A stretch of DNA of 63,442 bases from a virus (IMGVR_UViG_3300044641_000353:1-63442); one strand, 5' to 3'; shown: positions 45,970 to 56,296, numbered from the stretch's first letter. Notes: generated by a model from the letters alone, not told the origin. Translations and numbers: made by a program.

Positions 45970-46899
45970 TTATTTAGGAATCAAACCAAGATCTTTAAGC
46001 GTCTGTTCAACAGTGGGCAAGCTACCAGTAATTTCAGCTAATTGGCCCATACCGGATTTACCTAGTGGGCTATTAGTTACAGTAGAGATAGGCAAACCTT
46101 GCAACATAGATTGCAGATATTGCGTTTGCTTCATTGGGTAATCACGTTGTGCCAAGAACTCATTGTAGTCGGCAGTAATACCTTCTTGCTCAATACCACG
46201 TTGGGCTTGACCTGCATTGGCCATCATATTGGTAAGGTCTTTAGCTTGACCCACTTCAGTATTAAATTGACCCATACCCTTGTCGTACGCACTTGCGTAC
46301 CCTTGGCCAATAGCTTGGTTTTGTGCTTGTAATAAATTACGGTTAGCTTCAGATTCCATAATGGCTTGACGACCACCGCCATAACCACCAGCTTGAGTCA
46401 TCTTAGCTAAGCCGGGTTGCATATTAATTTGGGACTGCCTGCGTAGTTCTTCCAACTGTGGGTTAAGCACGGACTGCAAGTACGGGTTCATGTACTGAGA
46501 AGCAATACCCGGAGTACCAGCACCTGTTGCGCCAGTAGTTCCAGTGTTTAATCCAGCAATACCTGCACCCGCGCCTGTACCAATAGCGCCGGGAGTATAA
46601 GCATTAGTACTCATAGTTGGCGGTTGATATGCGCTAGTAGAACTAAAGCTTTGACCTAGTTGAGTAGGAAACGCAAGATTACCCAAACCTTTAAACACGT
46701 TGCTTTGCAGGCCAGACTCACCAGCCGTCATTGGGCCTTGATAGGTTTGATAAGGTGAGTTGGCAATAGCTTGGGCTTGACCAAGCATATTCGTTACATA
46801 CGGGCCTATGTAACTAGACAGAGTTTGTTCCGACGTACCGCCAGCGGCGGGCAATGCCGAGGCCGCTGTGCCTGCTGTAGTTGTTAAGGGAGTAGCCAT
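45970..46899 (-). CDS. Internal virion / DNA transfer protein
   Basis: QYMNPY...AGGYGGGRQ pattern; Gln/Gly-rich. Confidence 0.7.
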   Translation of the reverse strand: MATPLTTTAGTAASALPAAGGTSEQTLSSYIGPYVTNMLGQAQAIANSPYQTYQGPMTAGESGLQSNVFKGLGNLAFPTQLGQSFSSTSAYQPPTMSTNAYTPGAIGTGAGAGIAGLNTGTTGATGAGTPGIASQYMNPYLQSVLNPQLEELRRQSQINMQPGLAKMTQAGGYGGGRQAIMESEANRNLLQAQNQAIGQGYASAYDKGMGQFNTEVGQAKDLTNMMANAGQAQRGIEQEGITADYNEFLAQRDYPMKQTQYLQSMLQGLPISTVTNSPLGKSGMGQLAEITGSLPTVEQTLKDLGLIPK

Positions 46900-46908
46900 A
46901 GTCGTTCC

Positions 46909-47775
46909 TTAAGCGGGTAAATGCTTGTCTGATTTGGTATCGGCAGCAATGTTCTTAGCCTTGCCGCGAGCCTTTTTAATTCTGTCCATCATTGCGTATA
47001 GTTTACGCGCACCAGCTTCTGTTGAGCCATTGCCTAATTCAGAGACAATACGTGCTGGGATTACAAATTCGCCGTCGGCTAACCGAGCAGGTTGCTTTCT
47101 GCCAATCGTAGCAGGGATGCTGTCAGACACGCCATCACCGGGGCCACGGAGCAATCTACCGCCATCAGAGTAGCCACCCAGATTAGCAATACCACCACGA
47201 GCGTAACCCATTAGACCACCAGCCGCCGCAACTTCTACAGGGGCAGCAACAGATTCCGCAGGGGCAGCAACAGATTCAGCAGGAGCTGTAGACGCAGGGA
47301 CTTGCCCAGCCTTAAGGTACTGCATGGGAGTGAAATAGGTAATGCCACCAGAACCGGGTCGGCGAGGGATTGGTACACCCTTTGCATCCAACATTGGAGT
47401 GCCCGCTGCATTCATCATTGTTGTGGGAATAGGCAGTTGCTGACGAGATGCAGTCAAAGTGGGGATACCACCTCTGTAACCACCGGGGCCTTTTTGTACA
47501 TCAAAAAGTTTGTCTGCCAACTTGCCCATACCAACAGCGCCCAAAGTTTGGAGCAAGGGCGAATCTTTAAACAGTTTAGCAAGGTCTGAGCCGCTAAATA
47601 GACTGCTGTTGCCATACATATTACCGGAGGTGGTGTCACCTGTAGTAGATACATTTTGCCATGGCTGAACATCCTCATAACCTTGGGAGGTCATGTAGTC
47701 ATTAAGCTCTGCCCCAGCAGTGGCATACCCGCTGTCGTCTACGCTCCAGTCAACTTGTTGATTTTCATCATCCAT
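46909..47775 (-). CDS. Virion protein with C-terminal GPGDGxSDSI...DGEFV domain
   Basis: YARGG, YSDGG, then LRGPGDGVSDSIPA...LADGEFVIPA. Confidence 0.7.
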   Translation of the reverse strand: MDDENQQVDWSVDDSGYATAGAELNDYMTSQGYEDVQPWQNVSTTGDTTSGNMYGNSSLFSGSDLAKLFKDSPLLQTLGAVGMGKLADKLFDVQKGPGGYRGGIPTLTASRQQLPIPTTMMNAAGTPMLDAKGVPIPRRPGSGGITYFTPMQYLKAGQVPASTAPAESVAAPAESVAAPVEVAAAGGLMGYARGGIANLGGYSDGGRLLRGPGDGVSDSIPATIGRKQPARLADGEFVIPARIVSELGNGSTEAGARKLYAMMDRIKKARGKAKNIAADTKSDKHLPA

Positions 47776-47776
47776 A

Positions 47777-50700
47777 TTAGGCTCCTTGCCTTATGATTTC
47801 TGCAATTTCTTCAGGAGTCGCAGCGTTGTCGCTTGACCCTTCAATCTTTTTAAGCAATTCTTCGACATCATTTTCGTCGGTTTTGTCCTTCTGGGCAAGT
47901 GCTTCTTCCTCAATCTTTTCACCTTCAGCACCGGCTTTGGTGACGCTCAGCGCCTTGTATTCTTCTTGCTCCAACTGGCCTTTCTTGCCAACCTTCTGTT
48001 TCTTAGACCCAAATTCTTTGCCGTAGTAGAACACGTTGGCCAATTGAGGTACGCCAAAAGAGGCCGCCACTGCCGTAGCTTGAGGCCAAGTTAAACCCGT
48101 TTGCTTACTTGGAACCTTTGGATTCTTAGGCGGCTTAGGCGGCGGTGACTTAGTTGGATCAGCAATAATTTTATCAATAATTGGGTCATCTATCAGGGTA
48201 GTAACCTTGTCAATTACGTCATCGTCTAAGTCGTCAATGATGTCGTCAACCTCTGCTTTTGTTTTAACTTCGTCCTTAGTTTCAACTTCTGCTTTAGTTT
48301 CGGTCTTGGTTTCAGCTTTGGTTTCAGCTTCGGTCTTGGTCTCAGCTTCGGTCTTGGTCTCAGCTTTGGTTTCAGCTTTAGTATCTGCAACTACATCTGC
48401 CTTAGTGTCAGCTTTAGTATCTGCTTTAGTGTCTGCTTTAGTGTCAGCTTTAGTATCTGCTTTAGTGTCTGCAACTACATCTGCCTTAGTGTCAGCTTTA
48501 GTATCTGCTTTGATGTCTGCAACTACATCTGCTTTAGTATCAGCCTTAGTATCTGCTTTGGTGTCTGCAACTACATCTGCCTTAGTATCTGCTTTGGTGT
48601 CAGCCTTAGTATCTGCTTTGGTGTCTGTAAGCACATCTGCAACAGTGTTAGCTTTAGTCTCAGTTAACCCCGCAGTTTGTAGCTCAGAAACTACATCAGC
48701 TTTAGCGCCAACCGTAGCGTCAGTTTTAGTAGCGTTTTCAATTTTAGTTGCTAACGACGTTGCCGTTTCATCTGAAACTTTAAGCCCAAGATCAGCCATA
48801 GTTTGCTGAGCCGTATCAACCGCAGTGGTTGTACCCGTAGTTGTTTTGTTAGACGTAATAGCGTTTAGGTCAGCAACGGTTACGCTCTCGCCCTTAGCGT
48901 TTGTGCCAATGACCGCAGACGTATCAACCTTTACTTCGCCTGAAGTTTTACCTGTTGCCGATTCACCAAGCAGCTCGGCCAGAGTTACGGGTTTACCCTC
49001 AGAATCTGTAGCTACAACTTGGTCACCGTTAAGTTTTGTAACACCTAAGTTATCAAGTGTCTCTTTGCTACCTAAAATTTGGTCGCCAATGATTTCATTA
49101 GACGCAGTAATGGACTGATCTTCTGTAAGCCCAGCATCTTGTAATTGCGTAATGAGCGTATCAGACGCATTGCTTGGAGAAGTGCTGTTCTTTAACGTAG
49201 TTGCCGCAGTATCCGCAACAGACTTAACTTGGGTCTCGGACAACCCAGAGTCTTGAAGCGCTGAAACAGTAGAGTCGGCGGCGCTAATAGTCGCCGTGGT
49301 TTTGCCGCCAATAACTGCTTCCCATGCGCTTGTACCGGCAATCTTAGTCCAGTTTAAATCATCGTCGGGTTTGATTATTTTTTGCGTACCGCCTTCAATA
49401 ATGCCAGCTTCTACGCCTTCTCCAGTACCTTCTTTAACACCCACTTTAGCGGCAGTTGTGGCTATTTCTTTTGCGCCAACTTTACCTGCGGTATCTCCAA
49501 AAATTTGTTTGGTCAGTGCGTTACCGCCGGGAACTAAATTAAGTGTACCTGTAGTTACTGCACCAAGAGCTAGCGCCTTTTGTGACGCAGTTTGAGCGTC
49601 TTTGTCCGACATGCCAGCGTCTTTTGCGCGTTTGTAAGCATCTTCAGCAGCACCGCCACCTGACTCCATCATGTCTAAAACAACTTCGGTAGAAATACCT
49701 AAAGCCCTAGCAATTCTTGGCGCTGCGCCAACTAATTTAGCCGCAGTAAGCACGCCCCCAGATGCAAGCAGTTGCGTGCCTTCTTGAAGAATTTCAGACG
49801 CTACGTTATAGGCTACAAACCCGGGGTTACTAACAATTGTTTTACCTACAACAGCCAAAGCTTCCCAGCCATCTTTAGCAGCGGCCATGTTTTTATTAAA
49901 GTCCGAGCTAGCAGCCTTCATTTCTTCTGGCGTTTTAGCTTTAGAAAAAGCAGCGTAATCACTAACAGCTTGATCTACCGTACCGCCACGTTCTAAAACG
50001 TTAATAGCTTTAAGAGTACCCGTAACAAATGAAGCAATTTGAGATGTTGAGTCTACTGCTAACGCACCAGCATACTCGGCAATCTTGCCGCGCTCAGACA
50101 AATTCATACTGCCACCGGTCACATTGCCGTTTGCGTCGTATTGAACATCGTTTACGTAGCTACCACCGTTGTCGGCATTGGAAGTTTTAAGCGCGGCAAT
50201 TCGTGCAGCGGTTGCATCAAGTGAAGCGTTACGGGCGGCTGTGTCATTTTGAGCGGCTACTGTTTTACCCGCATCAGTAATTGTGGCTAGGTTAGACTGA
50301 TTAATTGAAGCAATCTTTGCATCAGCTTTTTTCTCTGCTTCGGTGGCCGACTCAGTTGTGTATTTACCTGTTACGCCCGTCGCAGGGTTAGTCCATTCAA
50401 AAGTTCTATTGGGGCCGTAAGCCAAACGAGCCGCAGCATAAGCATCTTTAAAAGAAGTAGTGCCCGGGCCAGCGGCTGTGTTCCTATCAATAGCACCTTG
50501 CAGGTCACCAAACTCAGTGTCTTCGGTTAAGCCAGCGTTTTGAAGATTTGTTACAACGTCAGTGCTCGCAGTGCCCGCAGCGCCAATTTTGTCAACCTCT
50601 TTCATGGCGTCAAAATCTGCTTGGGTTTTTGCGTCAACGCCACTTAAAGTCACGCCGTTCCCAGCATCAGACACTACGTTATTAACAACACTTGCTAACT

Positions 50701-53700
50701 GAACGCCATCGGTTGTTGCATTGCCGTCTGTTAATCCAGCGTTAGCCAAAACATTTGTAACGTCGGTGTTCTGCAACGTAGTGTTATCCACTACGTTAGT
50801 TTTAGTATCGCTTGTATTGGTTGTCGTTGTTGATTGATTAGACGCTTGAAAAGCGTTACCAAACACTAAGCCAGCTTGAATAATGTTTGCTTGGTTACCA
50901 CTTTGGAGCGCATCAACCAAGTTCTTTGCAGAAGCCGCAACGTGCAGGTCTTTACTTCCAGTCAGGTCGCCAAGAGAAACCAAAGCGGCTGAAAGGTTGT
51001 CATCTTTAATTGCAAGTGCCAAGTTTGCGGTTTGCATAGCTGTTGTAAGACCTGATGGAAGTGTTCCACCAGTCTGACCGTATGCCGATAAACTTGCGTT
51101 GATAATGCCGGGAATGTTTTCCGCTTGAAGAGCGGCAAACCCAGAAACAGCTGTTTGGGCTAGCTTAATGTCTGATAGTGTGCTTTGCAGTTCAAGAGCC
51201 CGCGAGGTATTGATGATGTCGCCAGCGGCCTCTGCTGTAGTCATTGCTGTTAACTCGGCTCCAGTAAAAGAACCAGCGGCATTCAAGCCACTCAGTACAG
51301 CACCAAGGTAGTTCTTTTGAGAGACAGCTAACGCCGCATTTGCCATCTGAGCAAACGGCTGGTGCGGCCCCGGGATCATCGCCGCAATTGAAATGACCAT
51401 TGGCCCCATCTCGCTTACGAACGCGTTAATTCCTGTTTTTTCTGTGGTTGCCGTAAGGTATGCCACACCTTCTGGTGTGAACTTGGCATTTAACCAATGG
51501 TTTTTACCGGTGAAAACGCCACCGCTTTTTTGGAAAGCAAGTTGGCCTGTGGTATCAGTAATTTCTTTACCAGTGTCTTTGTCAATAACAACGCTACCAA
51601 TTTTCTGTTGGTAAGTTCCATCTTTGATTGTTGCTAGTTCTGCCTCAGACAGCGGCACAAGTGTGCTGTAAGAATATTCTCCGTCGCCCTCAGTAACGGT
51701 CTTGAAGTATTTTTTGTTTATGCTGGATGGATCGACCTTAGCACCCAAGATGGGGTAGCCCTCAGAGTCCGTTTCCGACAAAAAGTATTCGTTGCCCTGC
51801 TTTGTGACTGGTCGGCCATCAGCCGTGGTTATACGTTCTGTTGCTGTAGTGGTTTGAAACTTGTCTTTCTGACCAAGGTCACCAATGGTGTCTAACCCTT
51901 TTTTGACAAGTAGCGCGGCGGAGTTTTCCAAATTACCAAACACGCCTTGGAAATACTGACCACCAAGTGCGTTCTTTTGGGCGTTCAGTTGCTGAAACAG
52001 ATTTTCTGATTGAATAGCGTCAGATCCATACGCACTCCACTTTGTTTCAAGCTCGGCAATCTTGTCCTCGTACCCAGTCAAAGCCTCGCCATACAGTTTG
52101 TCAATGGCTGTATTTGATTTTGCGTTAGTTACAAAATCTTTAATCTGTTGCGTGGTTGAGTCCGTGTTGTTAGCAATTTTTGAAAAATCTGTTTCAAAGT
52201 TTCTAACGGGGTTCAGGCTGTCTTGAACAACTTTTACATCAACGCCGGTAGCTTTTGCAATGTCAGCATCAGTAAAGCCAAACTGTTTCTCTAAAGCGTA
52301 ACTAGCAATCACCCTGTCAGCGTCTGTTAGAACGTTAGCGCCTGTGAGAGTATCGTTAATAATCTTGTCGCGGTTGGTTTCGTAGTTTGTTAGGATAGTG
52401 TCAAACAAAGACTTGTCTTTACCCGTCAGGTCAGCAAGTTGTTGCGAGTTAAAATTAAGATCACGGGCTAAATTGGCAACTGTTTGCGACTCTTCAAACG
52501 TTGCAGAGTTGTCTGCAATAATGTCGTTGATGCTTGTGGTTGTAGTGCTCTTTAGTTGGTTTTGGTATTGGTTGTATAAGGCTTCACCAAGAGTTGCTTT
52601 TAAGCCAGCGTCACTGATGCCCAAGTCTTTGGCGTATTTAAAACCAGCTAACAAATTAACACCACCCGCGCCAAATGCACCAGACAACTCTGCGGCGGCG
52701 GCAGTACGGAACTTCTCTTTATCAGAAGCGTCAACTTTGTTACCAACAACTTTTGCCCAAAACTCCTTGTCCTCTTTTGTTGCTTTTCTTTCTGACCCTA
52801 AAAATTCGCTGTATAAATCTTGAATTCGGCTATCCAGTTCTGCTTGCGCCGCAGTTTCAAATATTGCGCGATCTTCTGGGCTAATCTCAGAACCAACCGC
52901 TTTAAACCAGTCTGCTAAACCTTTAGCATCAGGTTTACGTCCCAGCACGTTTTCGTACAGACTAACAATACCTGAAACCGCAGCAGGTTTGGTATCTGTT
53001 AGATAGTCCGTGACATAAGTACTGTATTTATCTTCAGGATTGCTTGATAGGTAGTCAACAACAGCGGCTTGAAATGTATTGTTTAAATCCTCTGGTTTGA
53101 TTTGCCCAGTTTCCAAAGCCGCAGTCCATGCGTCAAGACTTTCTTTATCAACGTTGGATGCTTCAGTACCGACCCCTGTACGCCCAATAGAAGCGTAGCG
53201 ATCCAACACCATTTGTCTATAGTTAGGTTGTACTTGTGTGTCCGCAGTAGCCACAAGATTGGGGGCTAGTACCGCTTGTTCTTCTACAGACCGGTTGGCA
53301 AGTTCTGATTGGGCGGCTTGCAAGAAGTCAGCTTTTTCCGACTCATCTACAGTAGGCCCAAATGCGTTTTCCCAAAATGCCTTACCACCCGCATCTGATG
53401 GACGACCAAGAATGGTTGTGTACAAATCCTCTACCGTCATAGTAGACTCAGGGATAGACGCAATGTAGTCGTCTACTATGTCAGTAGTTTTTGCGGCAGG
53501 GGTGGTTACAGCGGCGGGAGTTTCAATAGCGGCTGCGCTTGTATTAGCAGGGGGTTGAGCGGCGGGAGTTTGAACAGCGGCGGCTGTGTCTGTTGTAGTT
53601 TTTTGATATGGAGCAAAGACAGAAGCAATTGCATTGTCATCTAACCCCATAGATCTAAATGTTGCAATTAAATCATTGGTAGCATCTTTTCCACCAAAAA

Positions 53701-53857
53701 CATCATAAATACTTTCGTAACTAGAGGTGCTTTCAGGGGGAGGAGGGGGAGGGGGAGCGGCGGCGGCGGGAGTATCTGGCCCAAATTGCTGGGCGTAATA
53801 ATCCGTAACGTCATCTTCTGGCTCGTAAACCGTTCTATAAGAGTCTCTGACTGCCAT
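47777..53857 (-). CDS. Giant (~2026 aa) acidic virion protein with DUF4214-like repeats and ADTK tandem repeats
   Basis: Start reassigned to MAVRDSY at 53857; LYxxILGRxxDxxGxxxW repeats. Confidence 0.75.
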   Translation of the reverse strand: MAVRDSYRTVYEPEDDVTDYYAQQFGPDTPAAAAPPPPPPPESTSSYESIYDVFGGKDATNDLIATFRSMGLDDNAIASVFAPYQKTTTDTAAAVQTPAAQPPANTSAAAIETPAAVTTPAAKTTDIVDDYIASIPESTMTVEDLYTTILGRPSDAGGKAFWENAFGPTVDESEKADFLQAAQSELANRSVEEQAVLAPNLVATADTQVQPNYRQMVLDRYASIGRTGVGTEASNVDKESLDAWTAALETGQIKPEDLNNTFQAAVVDYLSSNPEDKYSTYVTDYLTDTKPAAVSGIVSLYENVLGRKPDAKGLADWFKAVGSEISPEDRAIFETAAQAELDSRIQDLYSEFLGSERKATKEDKEFWAKVVGNKVDASDKEKFRTAAAAELSGAFGAGGVNLLAGFKYAKDLGISDAGLKATLGEALYNQYQNQLKSTTTTSINDIIADNSATFEESQTVANLARDLNFNSQQLADLTGKDKSLFDTILTNYETNRDKIINDTLTGANVLTDADRVIASYALEKQFGFTDADIAKATGVDVKVVQDSLNPVRNFETDFSKIANNTDSTTQQIKDFVTNAKSNTAIDKLYGEALTGYEDKIAELETKWSAYGSDAIQSENLFQQLNAQKNALGGQYFQGVFGNLENSAALLVKKGLDTIGDLGQKDKFQTTTATERITTADGRPVTKQGNEYFLSETDSEGYPILGAKVDPSSINKKYFKTVTEGDGEYSYSTLVPLSEAELATIKDGTYQQKIGSVVIDKDTGKEITDTTGQLAFQKSGGVFTGKNHWLNAKFTPEGVAYLTATTEKTGINAFVSEMGPMVISIAAMIPGPHQPFAQMANAALAVSQKNYLGAVLSGLNAAGSFTGAELTAMTTAEAAGDIINTSRALELQSTLSDIKLAQTAVSGFAALQAENIPGIINASLSAYGQTGGTLPSGLTTAMQTANLALAIKDDNLSAALVSLGDLTGSKDLHVAASAKNLVDALQSGNQANIIQAGLVFGNAFQASNQSTTTTNTSDTKTNVVDNTTLQNTDVTNVLANAGLTDGNATTDGVQLASVVNNVVSDAGNGVTLSGVDAKTQADFDAMKEVDKIGAAGTASTDVVTNLQNAGLTEDTEFGDLQGAIDRNTAAGPGTTSFKDAYAAARLAYGPNRTFEWTNPATGVTGKYTTESATEAEKKADAKIASINQSNLATITDAGKTVAAQNDTAARNASLDATAARIAALKTSNADNGGSYVNDVQYDANGNVTGGSMNLSERGKIAEYAGALAVDSTSQIASFVTGTLKAINVLERGGTVDQAVSDYAAFSKAKTPEEMKAASSDFNKNMAAAKDGWEALAVVGKTIVSNPGFVAYNVASEILQEGTQLLASGGVLTAAKLVGAAPRIARALGISTEVVLDMMESGGGAAEDAYKRAKDAGMSDKDAQTASQKALALGAVTTGTLNLVPGGNALTKQIFGDTAGKVGAKEIATTAAKVGVKEGTGEGVEAGIIEGGTQKIIKPDDDLNWTKIAGTSAWEAVIGGKTTATISAADSTVSALQDSGLSETQVKSVADTAATTLKNSTSPSNASDTLITQLQDAGLTEDQSITASNEIIGDQILGSKETLDNLGVTKLNGDQVVATDSEGKPVTLAELLGESATGKTSGEVKVDTSAVIGTNAKGESVTVADLNAITSNKTTTGTTTAVDTAQQTMADLGLKVSDETATSLATKIENATKTDATVGAKADVVSELQTAGLTETKANTVADVLTDTKADTKADTKADTKADVVADTKADTKADTKADVVADIKADTKADTKADVVADTKADTKADTKADTKADTKADTKADVVADTKAETKAETKTEAETKTEAETKAETKTETKAEVETKDEVKTKAEVDDIIDDLDDDVIDKVTTLIDDPIIDKIIADPTKSPPPKPPKNPKVPSKQTGLTWPQATAVAASFGVPQLANVFYYGKEFGSKKQKVGKKGQLEQEEYKALSVTKAGAEGEKIEEEALAQKDKTDENDVEELLKKIEGSSDNAATPEEIAEIIRQGA
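48280..48630 (-). repeat. 12-bp coding tandem repeat (ADTK/ADVV/AETK)
   Basis: Degenerate GCTTTAGTATCT-type units; about 30 tetrapeptides. Confidence 0.9.
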
Positions 53858-54204
53858 TATCCAACCTTCCAATTTGTTCCGTCAGAGTATACGGGCACAG
53901 CAACAGCCCCGCCAGTCACAACGGTTGCCCCAAATGTTGGGCCTAATGCATCAGTAACAAAAGACCTTGCGCCCTTACCAGAGGTGACTGCGCTGGGCAG
54001 TGTAGCCACAGTGTAATTAGTTAGAGGGGGCACTACACCAGAAGCCATTAACTGAGTGGTTAATGAATCAAGTCGGTTAAAGTACAAACGCAGGATGTTA
54101 AGCATCTGATCAAAATACACACGGTTGTATTCTTCCGGGGGCAGGGGTAAGTTAGGTGCGGCTACCTTGTTCAGTTCAAAATCGGTGGTAACAAGAAAGC
54201 TCAT
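53857..54204 (-). CDS. Small tail-cluster protein
   Basis: APNLP...LRLYF; YTVATLPSA...PVYSDGTNW. Confidence 0.7.
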   Translation of the reverse strand: MSFLVTTDFELNKVAAPNLPLPPEEYNRVYFDQMLNILRLYFNRLDSLTTQLMASGVVPPLTNYTVATLPSAVTSGKGARSFVTDALGPTFGATVVTGGAVAVPVYSDGTNWKVG

Positions 54205-56288
54205 CGTCTGCCGTCCGGTCTGATGTCAATACGGGTAGCACCCAACTGCCATGTAGTACCAAGGTTTGTAGAACTTACCTTAAGGATAAGCTGACGACCA
54301 CGGACACGAGTATTGATCTGGCCTGTAAAGCCTTCAGTTACTGTGTATTGAGCGCCGGTCTGTTTAGTTACATTGCCTGTTACCGCTGTACCAGTTCCAG
54401 AGCCTGAGTTTTGCAAAGGGTAGAGCGTATAAACAACTTGCGGCGTAGGAGAAGCATCTGACCCTGAGAATGTTAAGTCAGGCAACATACGATATACAAA
54501 GCCAAATCTGTCGCCGTCATCAATGTCAAATTCTGAAGATGAGATATAAGCCTCAATACCTGCGGGTGTGCCTGTTTCGTTGTTGTCTAAGCCGTACTCT
54601 TGATCAACTAAGTTGTAGTTGTACGTAGCGGCAATAGGGAAGTCTCTTAGGCCAGAGTCTAGCCAAGCTGTTCGCTCCATCGTGCCGTAGTACCAGATTT
54701 TTTCAAGGTAGTTGTACACCACATAACGGTTGGCAACCAAGCTACCAGCCGCGCAGTAGAACCACCAGATTTCGTTGAAACCCTCGTTGGTACTGGCAAA
54801 CACTTGTTGGTTTTGCTGGAGGTTAATGTCTTGATATACGTACCGGCGCAGGTCGCATGGCAGAGTTTGTAAGCGTCCATCGTACAGATAGAACTTATCT
54901 ACGCCCATCCAGTACACCACGCCAGAAGCTTGAGCCGCTGCGTTCTGACCGAGAATAGAGATGTTGTCACCCATCAACTGGCTAGACCATACCACTGGCG
55001 GGCCAATGTACTGTAAGGAATAGATAGCCGAGTCAGTCCACACCAAGATCTCTTGGCGGGTTTGGATGGAAGTTATGATGCTTGAGCCGTGGGACAAAGT
55101 GACACTACCAGCTTGATTGGTTGCGGAGGGTGTCCAGTTAACCACAGATTCCTGATCCGACCAGCGAATTAACATGGGGTTTTGTACTGTAGAAGCGTAA
55201 TCATTACAGCCAAAAGCAAACACAAAGCGACTTACATCAGATACAAAGACAAAGTTTTGAATAATTGGGCAGTCTGATGCGCCTGACAGACTAACGATGT
55301 TTACACCATTAGGCATGATGTAATGATCACCAGATTGCGTTCCTGTCGTGGTAATAGCCGCGCCACCAACAGTGGCCGCTAAGTTAAATGTATTACCGCT
55401 AGAGTTAATAACGTAGTAGATTGTTCCGGGAGACAAGCCAGTCGGTAACGCAGCAGGATACCCACTGTTTGTAAGGATGACTGGAGAGCCATTTGGCAAG
55501 TTAAAAGCGGCAGTAACTACCGCAGGAGAAGCAATAGTTATCGTAGCCAAGGCAGGGGCTACGCCATAACCGGCATCCCAATAATAAATTGGGCCACCAC
55601 GAAAACCATAAACCAAGTCTTCACCAAAGTTGTTCTGACTCCACAACCTAATCGCAGATGTTGACGTACCACCAAAACCCCAAGTTCCTGCACCCCATGT
55701 ACCAGCACCCCAACCGGCTAGTGGGATTTCGTATGCGTCACCTGTGTTAATTTGATAGATGGCATTAACAGTTGAACCACCGCCAGCCGCAACAGTTGAG
55801 GTAGCCGCCGTAGCAGATACGATTGTGTAAGTATTGGCATCAACGTAAGTAATAGAATACTCACCGTTTAAATCAAGGCCACCTACGGGAGCTACGTTGC
55901 TAAACGTTACAAAGTCACCTGTAATTGCGCCGTGGGATGCGTCTGTAACGGTAACTAAAGTAAGCAGGTTAGTTGTGGCAAACGGGTTATTGAGGATAGC
56001 TCCCGCCCGAATAGGCGTGATGTCGTTGTACTCGCCACCCAGTTCAAGATAAAACTTTAAGTTAGTGCCGACACCAATTAAGTTTAAGTTGTCTAAGGTA
56101 ATCCAATTCCATAAGGAACGGCACAGACCTTGGAATGTAGACGCAGATATACGTGCCCAGCCACCAATTTTCTCGGGTGTACCTTGGCGGAACCGCACTT
56201 TGTCGGACTCATACCAGCCACCTTCGTTAGCATAACGGGTGTTCTCCCGGTTAACTCCCGGCTTTAGTACGAGTTTCTTAAGTGCCAT
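54201..56288 (-). CDS. Tail tubular/nozzle (stabilisation) protein
   Basis: PEKIGGW, IRWSDQE, beta-propeller-like repeats, C-terminal PDGRR. Confidence 0.75.
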   Translation of the reverse strand: MALKKLVLKPGVNRENTRYANEGGWYESDKVRFRQGTPEKIGGWARISASTFQGLCRSLWNWITLDNLNLIGVGTNLKFYLELGGEYNDITPIRAGAILNNPFATTNLLTLVTVTDASHGAITGDFVTFSNVAPVGGLDLNGEYSITYVDANTYTIVSATAATSTVAAGGGSTVNAIYQINTGDAYEIPLAGWGAGTWGAGTWGFGGTSTSAIRLWSQNNFGEDLVYGFRGGPIYYWDAGYGVAPALATITIASPAVVTAAFNLPNGSPVILTNSGYPAALPTGLSPGTIYYVINSSGNTFNLAATVGGAAITTTGTQSGDHYIMPNGVNIVSLSGASDCPIIQNFVFVSDVSRFVFAFGCNDYASTVQNPMLIRWSDQESVVNWTPSATNQAGSVTLSHGSSIITSIQTRQEILVWTDSAIYSLQYIGPPVVWSSQLMGDNISILGQNAAAQASGVVYWMGVDKFYLYDGRLQTLPCDLRRYVYQDINLQQNQQVFASTNEGFNEIWWFYCAAGSLVANRYVVYNYLEKIWYYGTMERTAWLDSGLRDFPIAATYNYNLVDQEYGLDNNETGTPAGIEAYISSSEFDIDDGDRFGFVYRMLPDLTFSGSDASPTPQVVYTLYPLQNSGSGTGTAVTGNVTKQTGAQYTVTEGFTGQINTRVRGRQLILKVSSTNLGTTWQLGATRIDIRPDGRR

Positions 56289-56296
56289 CGGTAGTC

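Noticed and set aside
48207-48809. Plus-strand ORF with SALV repeats, and other antisense ORFs in the track (e.g. 13571..14227, 40958..41548, 42239..42925)
   Set aside because: Shadow frames of long genuine genes on the opposite strand, without RBS or operon context
53735-53770. G-rich tract as a G-quadruplex element
   Set aside because: Explained by poly-Ala/poly-Pro codons on the minus strand
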